NCBI GenBank assembly: GCA_048571215.1
Contig: CP182352.1
Location: forward strand, 1,632,001-1,696,000
Reading direction: 5' to 3'
From: Halarcobacter sp.
GTDB lineage: Bacteria > Campylobacterota > Campylobacteria > Campylobacterales > Arcobacteraceae
DNA length: 64,000 bases
This document shows positions 1 to 8,446 of this stretch, in pieces. The position numbers and the translations under genes were made by a program. Every line of letters begins with the position of its first letter. Within the stretch, counting starts at the first letter, position 1. The notes beneath the pieces were generated by a model. The model was not told the origin of the DNA, did not search any database, and was given only the letters and a program-made list of their open reading frames with translations.

Positions 1-289
1 TCACTTCTACAATCTCTTCTTTACTACACCCTACATTTAGTCCTGCATGAATATGCACTTTTAATTGTGATGATGCATTTCCCATAACTGTAAGTGCTGC
101 AATAGTTGCAATTTCTCTTGATTTTAAATCTAATTTTTCTCTTGTATAAATATCTCCAAAAGGAAACTCAATAAGTAAATCTGCAAACTCTGGGGCAATA
201 TCTTTCAATGACTCAATCACTTTTTCCCCTGCACTACCATCTACTTCTTTTAACTTTTCCCAACCTTTATTAAATCTATCTGATTTCAT
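1..289 (-). CDS. Carboxymuconolactone decarboxylase (CMD/AhpD-like) family protein, 3' end outside window
   Basis: Manual translation from ATG at 289: MKSDRFNKGWEKLKEVDG...EFPFGDIYTREKLDLKSREIATIAALTVMGNASSQLKVHIHAGLNVGCSKEEIVEV. AAGGA RBS upstream. Not in ORF track. Confidence 0.85.
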   Translation of the reverse strand, partial: MKSDRFNKGWEKLKEVDGSAGEKVIESLKDIAPEFADLLIEFPFGDIYTREKLDLKSREIATIAALTVMGNASSQLKVHIHAGLNVGCSKEEIVEV

Positions 290-413
290 AACAATCCTTT
301 AATTTATTTAATAGATTATAAATCAATCAAAGAAGTAAGAGTATAAGAAAAAGGACTTATTTTATAAGTTTTGTTCCCAATAAAGTAAAAGAGGAGTTTT
401 ATAATATATTGAA

Positions 414-1430
414 TCACCCTTTATATATCATTGGCTGATATTTTAGTTCTTGAAAAAGTTTCTCTTCCCCAACTTTTACAAAACCAAATGATTCATAAAC
501 CTTTATTGCATATAAAGAAGCATTTACTTTCATATTTTGAATCTCATAACTTAATTTAGTAAATTCCCAAAACTTTTTAGCTATACCTTTTTTATGATAT
601 TTTGAATCAACAAAAAGATGAAAGATTTGGTTTTTGTCTTTTATAGTAAGTAAACCTACAATTTTTTTATCTATGACATATACAAATTGCTCATATGCTT
701 TATTTATAATTCTTTCTTCAAATGCTTTAGAAGACAATTCATCAATAAACCATTTTGGAGCACTTTTATCAAAGATAAATCCTAATAAGCTATTTGATAA
801 AAAACTTAAATCTTCTACATCATCAATACTTACAGCTCTAATATATTCATTTATATCAGGTAAGTGATTTGATATCTCTTCATAGTTGTTATACTTTTCA
901 AGAGTATTTATAATTATCTCTAAAGGTTTAGAGTATTTTATTGGCAAATCAAACTCATTTTTTTGTATTTTAAAAGCAAGTTGCTCCAAAGGCGGAATAA
1001 ACTGGGCATCTACTTTATCTTTATTTCCTCTAGGATCAACTCTATACCAACCATATTTTTCAAGATAAATAGCATTTAAACCATGTAAACAATAAATATC
1101 ATCTTTATACTCACTGCAAGACAATCTTTGATAACAAAAAGCAGTAGGAATGCCATTTGCTCTAAGTAATGCTGCTAATAAAAAAGCTTTTGCATAGCAC
1201 CAGCCAGTTTTATACTCTAACACTTCACTAGCTTTTGATGTAATAATATCTGCTTTAATATCTCCACTATGAGATATCTCATCCCTAACATATTCAAAAC
1301 ATTTTTTTGCAATCTCTTCATCACTATTACAATTTAAAGCTAGAGATGAAGCTAGCTTTTGAATTGAAGGATTAGAAAAATCAATTACTTCAGACTCTTC
1401 TAAATAATTTTTAAAACTATTTGAACTCAA
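414..1430 (-). CDS. Transglutaminase-like domain fused to a C-terminal GNAT acetyltransferase
   Basis: Cys-His-Asp motifs GWCYAKA, LHGLN, RVDPRG in the N-half. GNAT motifs LFVDSKYHKKGIAK and NASLYAIKVYESFGF in the C-half. Confidence 0.8.
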   Translation of the reverse strand: MSSNSFKNYLEESEVIDFSNPSIQKLASSLALNCNSDEEIAKKCFEYVRDEISHSGDIKADIITSKASEVLEYKTGWCYAKAFLLAALLRANGIPTAFCYQRLSCSEYKDDIYCLHGLNAIYLEKYGWYRVDPRGNKDKVDAQFIPPLEQLAFKIQKNEFDLPIKYSKPLEIIINTLEKYNNYEEISNHLPDINEYIRAVSIDDVEDLSFLSNSLLGFIFDKSAPKWFIDELSSKAFEERIINKAYEQFVYVIDKKIVGLLTIKDKNQIFHLFVDSKYHKKGIAKKFWEFTKLSYEIQNMKVNASLYAIKVYESFGFVKVGEEKLFQELKYQPMIYKG

Positions 1431-1441
1431 AGTTAATACTC

Positions 1442-2203
1442 CTATTTATTTGAAAAACTATTAAAAAACTGTTTTGCAGTTCTTGCACTTTTACTTGCTC
1501 TACTTTGAGCAAACATAAGTGCATATTTATGTAATTCCTCTTTATCACCTTGGTAATCTTTAAAATAAAAATCAATTAATTTTAAATAATCTTGTTGATT
1601 TCCATGATAAAAAGATAACCATAAACCAAACCTATCACTTAAAGAGATTTTCTCTTCCACACTATCACCATAATGTATCTCTCCATTGTTACCAATTTTA
1701 GTTCCCTCATTGTCACTATGGTATTCTGTTATTAGGTGTCTTCTATTTGATGTGGCATAGATTTTTATATTTGCAGGTGTTGCCTCAATAGAACCTTCTA
1801 AAATCCTTTTTAAGCCTTTATACCCTCTTTCTCCCTCTTCAAATGATAAATCATCACAAAAAATAATAAACTTATATGGCAAATCCCTTATTTTGTCTGA
1901 AATTTCTATTAAATCATCCAAATCTTCTCTATCTATCTCTATTAGTCTTAGGTTTTGAAATTTGTATTCATTTAAAACAGCCTTTATAAGTGAAGATTTA
2001 CCTGTACCTCTTGCACCCCAAAGTAAAACATTGTTAGAAGGGAAACCATCAATAAATCTTTGAGTATTATTCATAATCTCTTTTTTTTGATGTTCAATAC
2101 CTAACAAATCATCAAAAAAAACTTCATCAATATACTTTACAGGTTTTAAATACTCATTTTTTGCTCTATAAATCGCTGCATAATTTTGACTCCAATCTAC
2201 CAT
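1442..2203 (-). CDS. DUF815 family AAA+ ATP-binding protein
   Basis: Walker A GARGTGKSS, FIIFCDDLSFE, YATSNRRHL, EEKISLSDRFGL. Confidence 0.9.
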   Translation of the reverse strand: MVDWSQNYAAIYRAKNEYLKPVKYIDEVFFDDLLGIEHQKKEIMNNTQRFIDGFPSNNVLLWGARGTGKSSLIKAVLNEYKFQNLRLIEIDREDLDDLIEISDKIRDLPYKFIIFCDDLSFEEGERGYKGLKRILEGSIEATPANIKIYATSNRRHLITEYHSDNEGTKIGNNGEIHYGDSVEEKISLSDRFGLWLSFYHGNQQDYLKLIDFYFKDYQGDKEELHKYALMFAQSRASKSARTAKQFFNSFSNK

Positions 2204-2249
2204 AAACTTTTCCTTTAATTTATATAATACTCAAAATAGTTTTTGAATA

Positions 2250-2774
2250 TTATCTTCCATAATAAGCCAATACTGATGATTTAGCTATGGTATGTGAATT
2301 TAAATAGAACCCTACAAGTGCAGGGTTTGCATTTTTATCAAGACCTAGTTTATCCACATCTAAGGCATATACTGTAAATATATATCTATGTGCTTTGTCT
2401 CCTATAGGAGGACAAGCTCCACCAAATCCTGATTTTCCAAAATCCGTAATACTTTGCACTATATCTTTTTGTTCATTATTTCCAAAACCTCTTTCTAAAG
2501 AGATTTTATCTTTTGGTATATCAAAAACTACCCAATGCCACCAGCCACTTCCTGTTGGTGCATCTGGATCATAAGCTGTTATTGCAAAAGATTTTGTCTC
2601 CTTAGGTGCATTTTCCCAAGTAAGTTTTGGAGATATATTTTTTCCACTACAACCAAAACCATTAAATACTTGATCATTTGATAATTGACCACTAATATCA
2701 TCACTAGATAAAGTGAAACCTTGAGCAAAAAGTAAAGTTGAGCCTAATACTATACTTAAAATAAAAGTTTTCAT
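2250..2774 (-). CDS. YbhB/YbcL family (Raf kinase inhibitor-like, PEBP) exported protein
   Basis: Signal peptide; YDPDAPTGSGWWHW, GACPP, HRYIFTVYAL. Confidence 0.92.
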   Translation of the reverse strand: MKTFILSIVLGSTLLFAQGFTLSSDDISGQLSNDQVFNGFGCSGKNISPKLTWENAPKETKSFAITAYDPDAPTGSGWWHWVVFDIPKDKISLERGFGNNEQKDIVQSITDFGKSGFGGACPPIGDKAHRYIFTVYALDVDKLGLDKNANPALVGFYLNSHTIAKSSVLAYYGR

Positions 2775-2863
2775 GCATTACCTTTTTTTCTTTTATTTTA
2801 TATAAAAAAGAGTTTATTGTCTACTATATTTTTATTAAATTTTGTAAATTATTTTGTGGGATA

Positions 2864-2890
2864 TCTATAGTAGAAGATTTCTACTATAGA
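2864..2890 (-). terminator. Intrinsic terminator-like hairpin after the fccB-Rieske-cytochrome operon
   Basis: TCTATAGTAGAA-GAT-TTCTACTATAGA, perfect 12-bp stem. Confidence 0.65.
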
Positions 2891-2900
2891 ATAATATGAA

Positions 2901-3305
2901 TTATTTTCTAAGTCTAATATGACAAGAGGTACATTGTCTAAGTATTTGATTATAATCCTCTAAAGCATCTTGCATATTATTATTTTTTACTGATTCTTTC
3001 AAATCATCTACATAAAGTTCAATCATCCTTGCAGATTTTTCGCCAAACTTATAGGCATATTTTTCTTGTGTTGGTAAAAAATCTTTCATCTCTTGGGTTT
3101 CTAATGTTTTTACAACACCCAAAATCAAATCTCCGCCCTTGTCAAAACATTTACCTGAAGTACATCTATACAAAAACCCCTTTTGTATTAAAGACAATCC
3201 CTCAGCCATTTTGCCCATATCAGTTATTCTCTGAGCTTGTGTATAATCTTTTGCAAAAAGTGAACTACAAAGTAAAATTGAGATCAAAATAATTGTTTTT
3301 TTCAT
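2901..3305 (-). CDS. Exported monoheme cytochrome c, class II/c'-like (C-terminal CxxCH)
   Basis: Signal peptide; CTSCH near the C-terminus; predominantly helical-looking sequence. Confidence 0.75.
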   Translation of the reverse strand: MKKTIILISILLCSSLFAKDYTQAQRITDMGKMAEGLSLIQKGFLYRCTSGKCFDKGGDLILGVVKTLETQEMKDFLPTQEKYAYKFGEKSARMIELYVDDLKESVKNNNMQDALEDYNQILRQCTSCHIRLRK

Positions 3306-3313
3306 AGTTTACC

Positions 3314-4039
3314 TTAATATATTATGATATCTTTAGTGTATTCACTAAGCTTAACCATTGGTGAATCTACCTTTACTATTTTTTTAGCTTTTCTCCAGTT
3401 TCCATATAACATCTTAAACTCTGGTTTAAATGATTTAAAATAATCATGGAATTTATCAGCTCCTAAAACTCCAACTGCCCAAATCTCGTCATTTGAATCA
3501 ACTTCCAAAATAATATTTGCTAAACCTTGTGTTGCAGGACCTGATATCACTTTAGAACCATTTTTTGGATCATATGCACTTAAATGTGATGAACATACAA
3601 ATACTCCTGCACCTTTATGTGCCATAGTCTTTTTCCCTTTTGCAACATAATTTAGAAAGCTATCACTAGGTTTTGGATGTGTTAATTGATGTTGACAAAT
3701 AGCTGAAACTGCTACTATTGAGTTATTTTTACCAACTCCACCACTAAAGATATATTCTTCTCCATCTTCTGATTTAAGTTTCACATTTTTATTTGTTGCT
3801 TCATTTAAATCCACAAGTAAACATGGTGTTCCCATATAAGGATACATAAATATGTAGTTTGTCTCTTTTTTAAGAGTTGATGCTTTTATTGCCTTACCAT
3901 TATCATCTACAAGTTTAACTTTTTTGTATGATTTATATAATGTACCATCAGCAGCATACAATGTTTGGGTTATAGATGATGGAGCTACCGCTACGAAAGT
4001 AGCTGCTCCAAGCATCTTTATAAATACTCTTCTATTCAT
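3314..4039 (-). CDS. Tat-exported Rieske [2Fe-2S] protein
   Basis: MNRRVFIK Tat motif; SAICQH and VCSSHLSAYDP ligand boxes; GPA motif. Confidence 0.8.
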   Translation of the reverse strand: MNRRVFIKMLGAATFVAVAPSSITQTLYAADGTLYKSYKKVKLVDDNGKAIKASTLKKETNYIFMYPYMGTPCLLVDLNEATNKNVKLKSEDGEEYIFSGGVGKNNSIVAVSAICQHQLTHPKPSDSFLNYVAKGKKTMAHKGAGVFVCSSHLSAYDPKNGSKVISGPATQGLANIILEVDSNDEIWAVGVLGADKFHDYFKSFKPEFKMLYGNWRKAKKIVKVDSPMVKLSEYTKDIIIY

Positions 4040-4053
4040 CTAATCATCCAAAA

Positions 4054-5406
4054 TTACATAAACATATCTCTATACATTCCATTGGCCCATTCAATTAGAC
4101 CTTTTCCTGTATTAGTTCCAGATTTACCATGCCAATTCTCCATAGTAGAAGCATTATTAAATCCAAATGATTTATTTTTTGTACTCCAGGCATAATCAGC
4201 ATTTACTGAGATAGCACTTATTTTTGGCATTACTGCAACAGCTGAATAACATGTGGTATGAGGAGAAGTCCACTCATCTTTTTTACCTAAAATTCTATTT
4301 GCGATTACCCTTGCAACTACATGACCTTCTGAATTTGAGGTATTCCCTGATTTACTAAAGCCCATAGGTCTAACATCCCCTGAACAGAAAATATATGGTT
4401 CATCTTTTACTTGGTAAGTAAATGGATCAATATTTGCTTCTGCCTTATTGATTGCATCTTTTGATACACCAATAACCTCTATAAGTTTGTTTGCTCTAAT
4501 TCGTGGATAAAAAGAGGCATCTGCAAATTCATATTCATCAAACTCTGTTTCGATTTTTTTATTTTTTAAATCAAATGATTCAATTTTTGCATTTGGAACA
4601 TAAACTATATAATCTTTATATAATTCATCAAATGCAGAATGGAAACCTTTTTTCTTTATTGTAATATCTGGGTTTTCATCTAAAAGTACAACTTTTCCAT
4701 CTATTTCATTTTCTTTAAAATAATTAGCAATCAAACATGCTCTTTCATATGGTGCAGGTAAACATCTGTAGTTTCCACCAGGAACAGTTAAAATAAAGTT
4801 TCCACTTTCAAAGTTTTCAATTTTTTCTTTTATAGTTTGATGCTCACTATGTAACATAAATCCAGCTGGATAATTTGTTCTAAGCTCATACTCCAGTTGA
4901 GTGTCACCCTTTGTCCAAGCTTCATAATCATAATCGATTCCTGGAGCTAGCACTAAATAATCATAATCCACAATTCCATCATTTGTGTAAACCATTTTAG
5001 CTTTTTTATCAACATTATAAACTGTTGCATTAAAAAAGGTATAACCATTATTTCTAGCTGCATCCAGATAACTATGAGTTAAAAACTCTAAATCAACTGC
5101 ATCTACTAACCATAAATTACTAATTGGACAAGATACAAAATGTGCTCTTTGTTCTATTAAGACTACATCCAAATCTGGAATATACTTTTTCAATCTCTTA
5201 GCAACAGACAAGCCAGACCATCCACCACCAACTACTACAACTCTTTGTTTAGTTCCATTTTTGGGTAAAGGAGCTTTAGAATCTAAAATTCCATTGCTTT
5301 TTGCCATCTTTGTAGGTTCCATATTATTTGTACTTGCCGTACATCCTGTAATTACAGTTGAAGCAGTAGTTATACCTGCCAACTTCAATAAATCTCTTCT
5401 ATTCAT
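4054..5406 (-). CDS. fccB: Flavocytochrome c sulfide dehydrogenase flavoprotein subunit (FccB/SoxF-like), Tat lipoprotein
   Basis: MNRRDLLK Tat motif and VITGC lipobox; GGGWSG FAD site; SCPISN, YRCLPAPYERA and TTCYS cysteines. Start moved to ATG 5406 behind an AAGGGG RBS. Confidence 0.8.
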   Translation of the reverse strand: MNRRDLLKLAGITTASTVITGCTASTNNMEPTKMAKSNGILDSKAPLPKNGTKQRVVVVGGGWSGLSVAKRLKKYIPDLDVVLIEQRAHFVSCPISNLWLVDAVDLEFLTHSYLDAARNNGYTFFNATVYNVDKKAKMVYTNDGIVDYDYLVLAPGIDYDYEAWTKGDTQLEYELRTNYPAGFMLHSEHQTIKEKIENFESGNFILTVPGGNYRCLPAPYERACLIANYFKENEIDGKVVLLDENPDITIKKKGFHSAFDELYKDYIVYVPNAKIESFDLKNKKIETEFDEYEFADASFYPRIRANKLIEVIGVSKDAINKAEANIDPFTYQVKDEPYIFCSGDVRPMGFSKSGNTSNSEGHVVARVIANRILGKKDEWTSPHTTCYSAVAVMPKISAISVNADYAWSTKNKSFGFNNASTMENWHGKSGTNTGKGLIEWANGMYRDMFM

Positions 5407-5435
5407 GTTAACCCCTTGCATATTTTTCAACTTAA

Positions 5436-5451
5436 TACTTAATATTAAGTA
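5436..5451. promoter_or_regulatory. Perfect 16-bp palindrome in the fccB upstream region (candidate operator)
   Basis: TACTTAAT-ATTAAGTA. Confidence 0.4.
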
Positions 5452-5545
5452 CCAAAACTACAACGCCCCATGTAAGAATAATACAACAAATCACTTAAGT
5501 TTAAATTATTAATAATTTAGTTTAATTATAAGTATATTTTATAAA

Positions 5546-5586
5546 TAGCAATAGAGTAGCAATAAAACAGCAATAAAATAGCATAG
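5546..5586. repeat. Four direct repeats at 11-bp period upstream of the fccB operon
   Basis: TAGCAATA 5546, TAGCAATA 5557, CAGCAATA 5568, TAGCATAG 5579. Confidence 0.75.
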
Positions 5587-5812
5587 ATTATTAGTAATTA
5601 TCTTTTGTATTCATCACACTTATAATACTTTAGTAAATAAGTAAGGATTAGATGATTTAATTTTTACTTAAATACCCATTTTAAAGGATTTTTTTCATTT
5701 AATATTACTAATTATTCATTTTTCAATTTTTAGAATCAATACAAAGATAAATTTATAGTTTATTAAATTTTAAATAAATTTAATGTTTATTACAGTAGTG
5801 TTACTAAAAGTA

Positions 5813-6223
5813 TCAAAAATCTAGATTATTTTGCCCTTTAAAACTAGATTTTATATTTTTTAGTTCATTATATTCTATCAACTTAACAAAAGTTTCTTCA
5901 ATATAATATCTTATAGCAGCTCTTGTTTGTTTATCTAAATTATAAACAATCTGTTTTCTTGCAACTTTACCTTTCCCTTCTAGTTTATTGTATTTATCGT
6001 TAAGAACAGCACCTTTAAACCAAGAAAAATAGATATAATCATCTTTTACTTTTATAGAGCAAAAACCACCCTCTTTTGTAAAGAAAGAACTAGTGTGCTC
6101 ATTGTGCTTCTCTTTTACACCATTGCCGATACAGATTTTTACAAAATCTCTAACTTGTAAAAATAATTCGGCTAATTCACTGTTGCAGTCTCTTTCAAAA
6201 GCAGTTCTATTTTTATATTTCAT
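5813..6223 (-). CDS. DUF1801-like protein
   Basis: FSWFKGAVLNDKYNKLEGKGKVAR motif typical of DUF1801. Confidence 0.65.
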   Translation of the reverse strand: MKYKNRTAFERDCNSELAELFLQVRDFVKICIGNGVKEKHNEHTSSFFTKEGGFCSIKVKDDYIYFSWFKGAVLNDKYNKLEGKGKVARKQIVYNLDKQTRAAIRYYIEETFVKLIEYNELKNIKSSFKGQNNLDF

Positions 6224-6238
6224 TTATTTACTTATTAT

Positions 6239-6871
6239 TTACTGCTCATTACAAATTTCAATACCCATTTTTAAAAAGCCAGTAAAGGCAGCATTGTCAA
6301 AAGATAATGGTTTATCAACCTTTGATTTAATATTATCTAACTCTTTTGAATATCGTTTATAAAACTCATAAGAGGGTCTTGGCTTATAGATTAAATCTGG
6401 GATTTCTAAATATTTTATAATATTTTTTGTAGTAGTTGGTTTGATGAAGTACTCTTTTTGTCTATTTATACTATATGGTACTAAAGTAACCAAAGTCCAC
6501 TTAGCCATTCTAAACTCTGCTAAAAACTCAACAAGTCCTTCAAAACCATTTTCTTTATTTCCATGCAAGAGTTCATAAAGCTCAATACTAAGCATATCTT
6601 TTTCGTAAGAGGTCAATGCTTTAATTACATCACGAAGTTTTACCTTATCAAATAAAGATACCATTACTGATTTTTGTATGGTTTTAAAATATGCTTCTGC
6701 AATAAAATGAGGGTCTGAAAAATTCTCTTTTGCAAAAGACTCCTTTGCATATGCTTCTAATTTTTCAGGATTGAACTTTTTTACTAATCTAATTAACTTC
6801 TCATCCTCAAATCCTTTTGGATAAGCATCAAAAAATTCAGACTCCACATCTTTTAGTTTTTCTATATTCAT
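6239..6871 (-). CDS. Hypothetical protein
   Basis: 210-aa ORF with GAGG RBS; AKWTLVT...FIKPTTTK...YKPRPSY segments; function not recognised. Confidence 0.75.
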   Translation of the reverse strand: MNIEKLKDVESEFFDAYPKGFEDEKLIRLVKKFNPEKLEAYAKESFAKENFSDPHFIAEAYFKTIQKSVMVSLFDKVKLRDVIKALTSYEKDMLSIELYELLHGNKENGFEGLVEFLAEFRMAKWTLVTLVPYSINRQKEYFIKPTTTKNIIKYLEIPDLIYKPRPSYEFYKRYSKELDNIKSKVDKPLSFDNAAFTGFLKMGIEICNEQ

Positions 6872-6949
6872 TTAAAACCTCTAATAACAAATCTAATTCA
6901 ATATTTTGACATATATCAAACTAATCGTTTATTAAAGATAGTTTTATTT

Positions 6950-8317
6950 TTAATAAATTTTCAATAAATCAAATTGTAAATACCAAATAGCAATTGAAAC
7001 AAAATATCCTATCAAAATTGTCCAAGCATATTTCATATGACTATTAAAAGTATAAACCCCTTTTAATTTTCCCATCACACCAACACCAGCTGCACTTCCA
7101 AATGAGATCAAAGAACCACCAATACCAGCTGTTAATGTTACAAGAAGCCAATTAGATAAATCCATATTTGGATTTGCTTTTAAAATTGCAGACATAACAG
7201 GTACATTGTCAACAATTGCAGATAAAAACCCAACTGCGACATTTGATAAGGTTGGCCCAAGATAACTTGGTTCATAAACAATAGAAGCTAAAGTTAACCA
7301 CCCTATAAAATAAAGAGCACCAACAGCTGCTAATATACCAAAGAAAAACATCAACGTATTATTTTCAATTTTTGACATAGATTTAAAAACATCAAAATGT
7401 TCATCACCAAATCTTTTTTTCAATTTAAATGAATAGAATTTCAATAAAACTAAACCAAACATCATACCCCACATAGCAGGAAAGTCTAAAAACTGATGTG
7501 AGACAACTGCCATAACTATTGTTATAACACCTAGAAAGATTATAGTTTTTGCTCCACTTTTCATAACAGGAACTTCAACATCTACATCAAAAGCTGGTTT
7601 TGTTTTTGGTACAAATAATGATAATAAAAACGCTGTAATTAAATACCCTAGTATAGATGCTGGGAATAGATATAAAAAGTCTATAAAAGCACCTTTTCCT
7701 GAAGTCCAAACCATAAGTGTAGTAATATCTCCAAAAGGGCTCCATGCACCACCTGCATTTGCTGCAACTACTATATTTATAGCTCCTGGTACTAAGAACT
7801 CTTTTTTGTCTCTTTCTATTGTTATTAGAACTGTTGATAAAATAAGTGCAGTTGTAAGATTATCTGCTATTGGTGAGATAAAAAATGCTAAAAATCCAGT
7901 AAGCCAAAATAGCTTTCTGTAACTATACCCTTTTGATACAAGATTGTATTTTAATCTATCAAATACACCCATATGAAGCAAGGACTCAATATATGTCATA
8001 GCAACAAATAAAAAGAAGAAAATCTCTGCTATCTCTAATATAACATTTTCTGCTTCTTCATGAACAAGTGTTATATCTAAGCCATTTAAAACAAAATAAA
8101 AGGCTATCAATAAAAAAGTAAAGATACCAACAAAAAGTGCAGGAAGAGACTTATCAACATCATATTTCTCCTCATTTGCTATTAAATAGTATCCAATAAT
8201 AAAAATACCCAAAGTTGCAACACCAACCCAAGTATTTACTAAATTTTGCTCTTCTATATTAGTTGCATATGCAACATTTGATAAAAAAAAAGCAACAGTG
8301 ACAAAAAGTTTGAACAT
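6950..8317 (-). CDS. nhaD: NhaD-type Na+/H+ antiporter
   Basis: ISPIADNLTTAL, AANAGGAWSPFGDITTLMVW, SAIVDNVP. Start moved to ATG 8317 behind GGAGAG. Confidence 0.9.
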   Translation of the reverse strand: MFKLFVTVAFFLSNVAYATNIEEQNLVNTWVGVATLGIFIIGYYLIANEEKYDVDKSLPALFVGIFTFLLIAFYFVLNGLDITLVHEEAENVILEIAEIFFFLFVAMTYIESLLHMGVFDRLKYNLVSKGYSYRKLFWLTGFLAFFISPIADNLTTALILSTVLITIERDKKEFLVPGAINIVVAANAGGAWSPFGDITTLMVWTSGKGAFIDFLYLFPASILGYLITAFLLSLFVPKTKPAFDVDVEVPVMKSGAKTIIFLGVITIVMAVVSHQFLDFPAMWGMMFGLVLLKFYSFKLKKRFGDEHFDVFKSMSKIENNTLMFFFGILAAVGALYFIGWLTLASIVYEPSYLGPTLSNVAVGFLSAIVDNVPVMSAILKANPNMDLSNWLLVTLTAGIGGSLISFGSAAGVGVMGKLKGVYTFNSHMKYAWTILIGYFVSIAIWYLQFDLLKIY

Positions 8318-8446
8318 GAACTCTCCTAAAATCTTCTTTTTATATTTTATTTGGAAAATAGTAGCATAAATTATAGAAAAACAATTTAAAATAATATTCA
8401 AAAGCTAGATAATTTATATACAATTTAATATCAGAACATTTTACAA

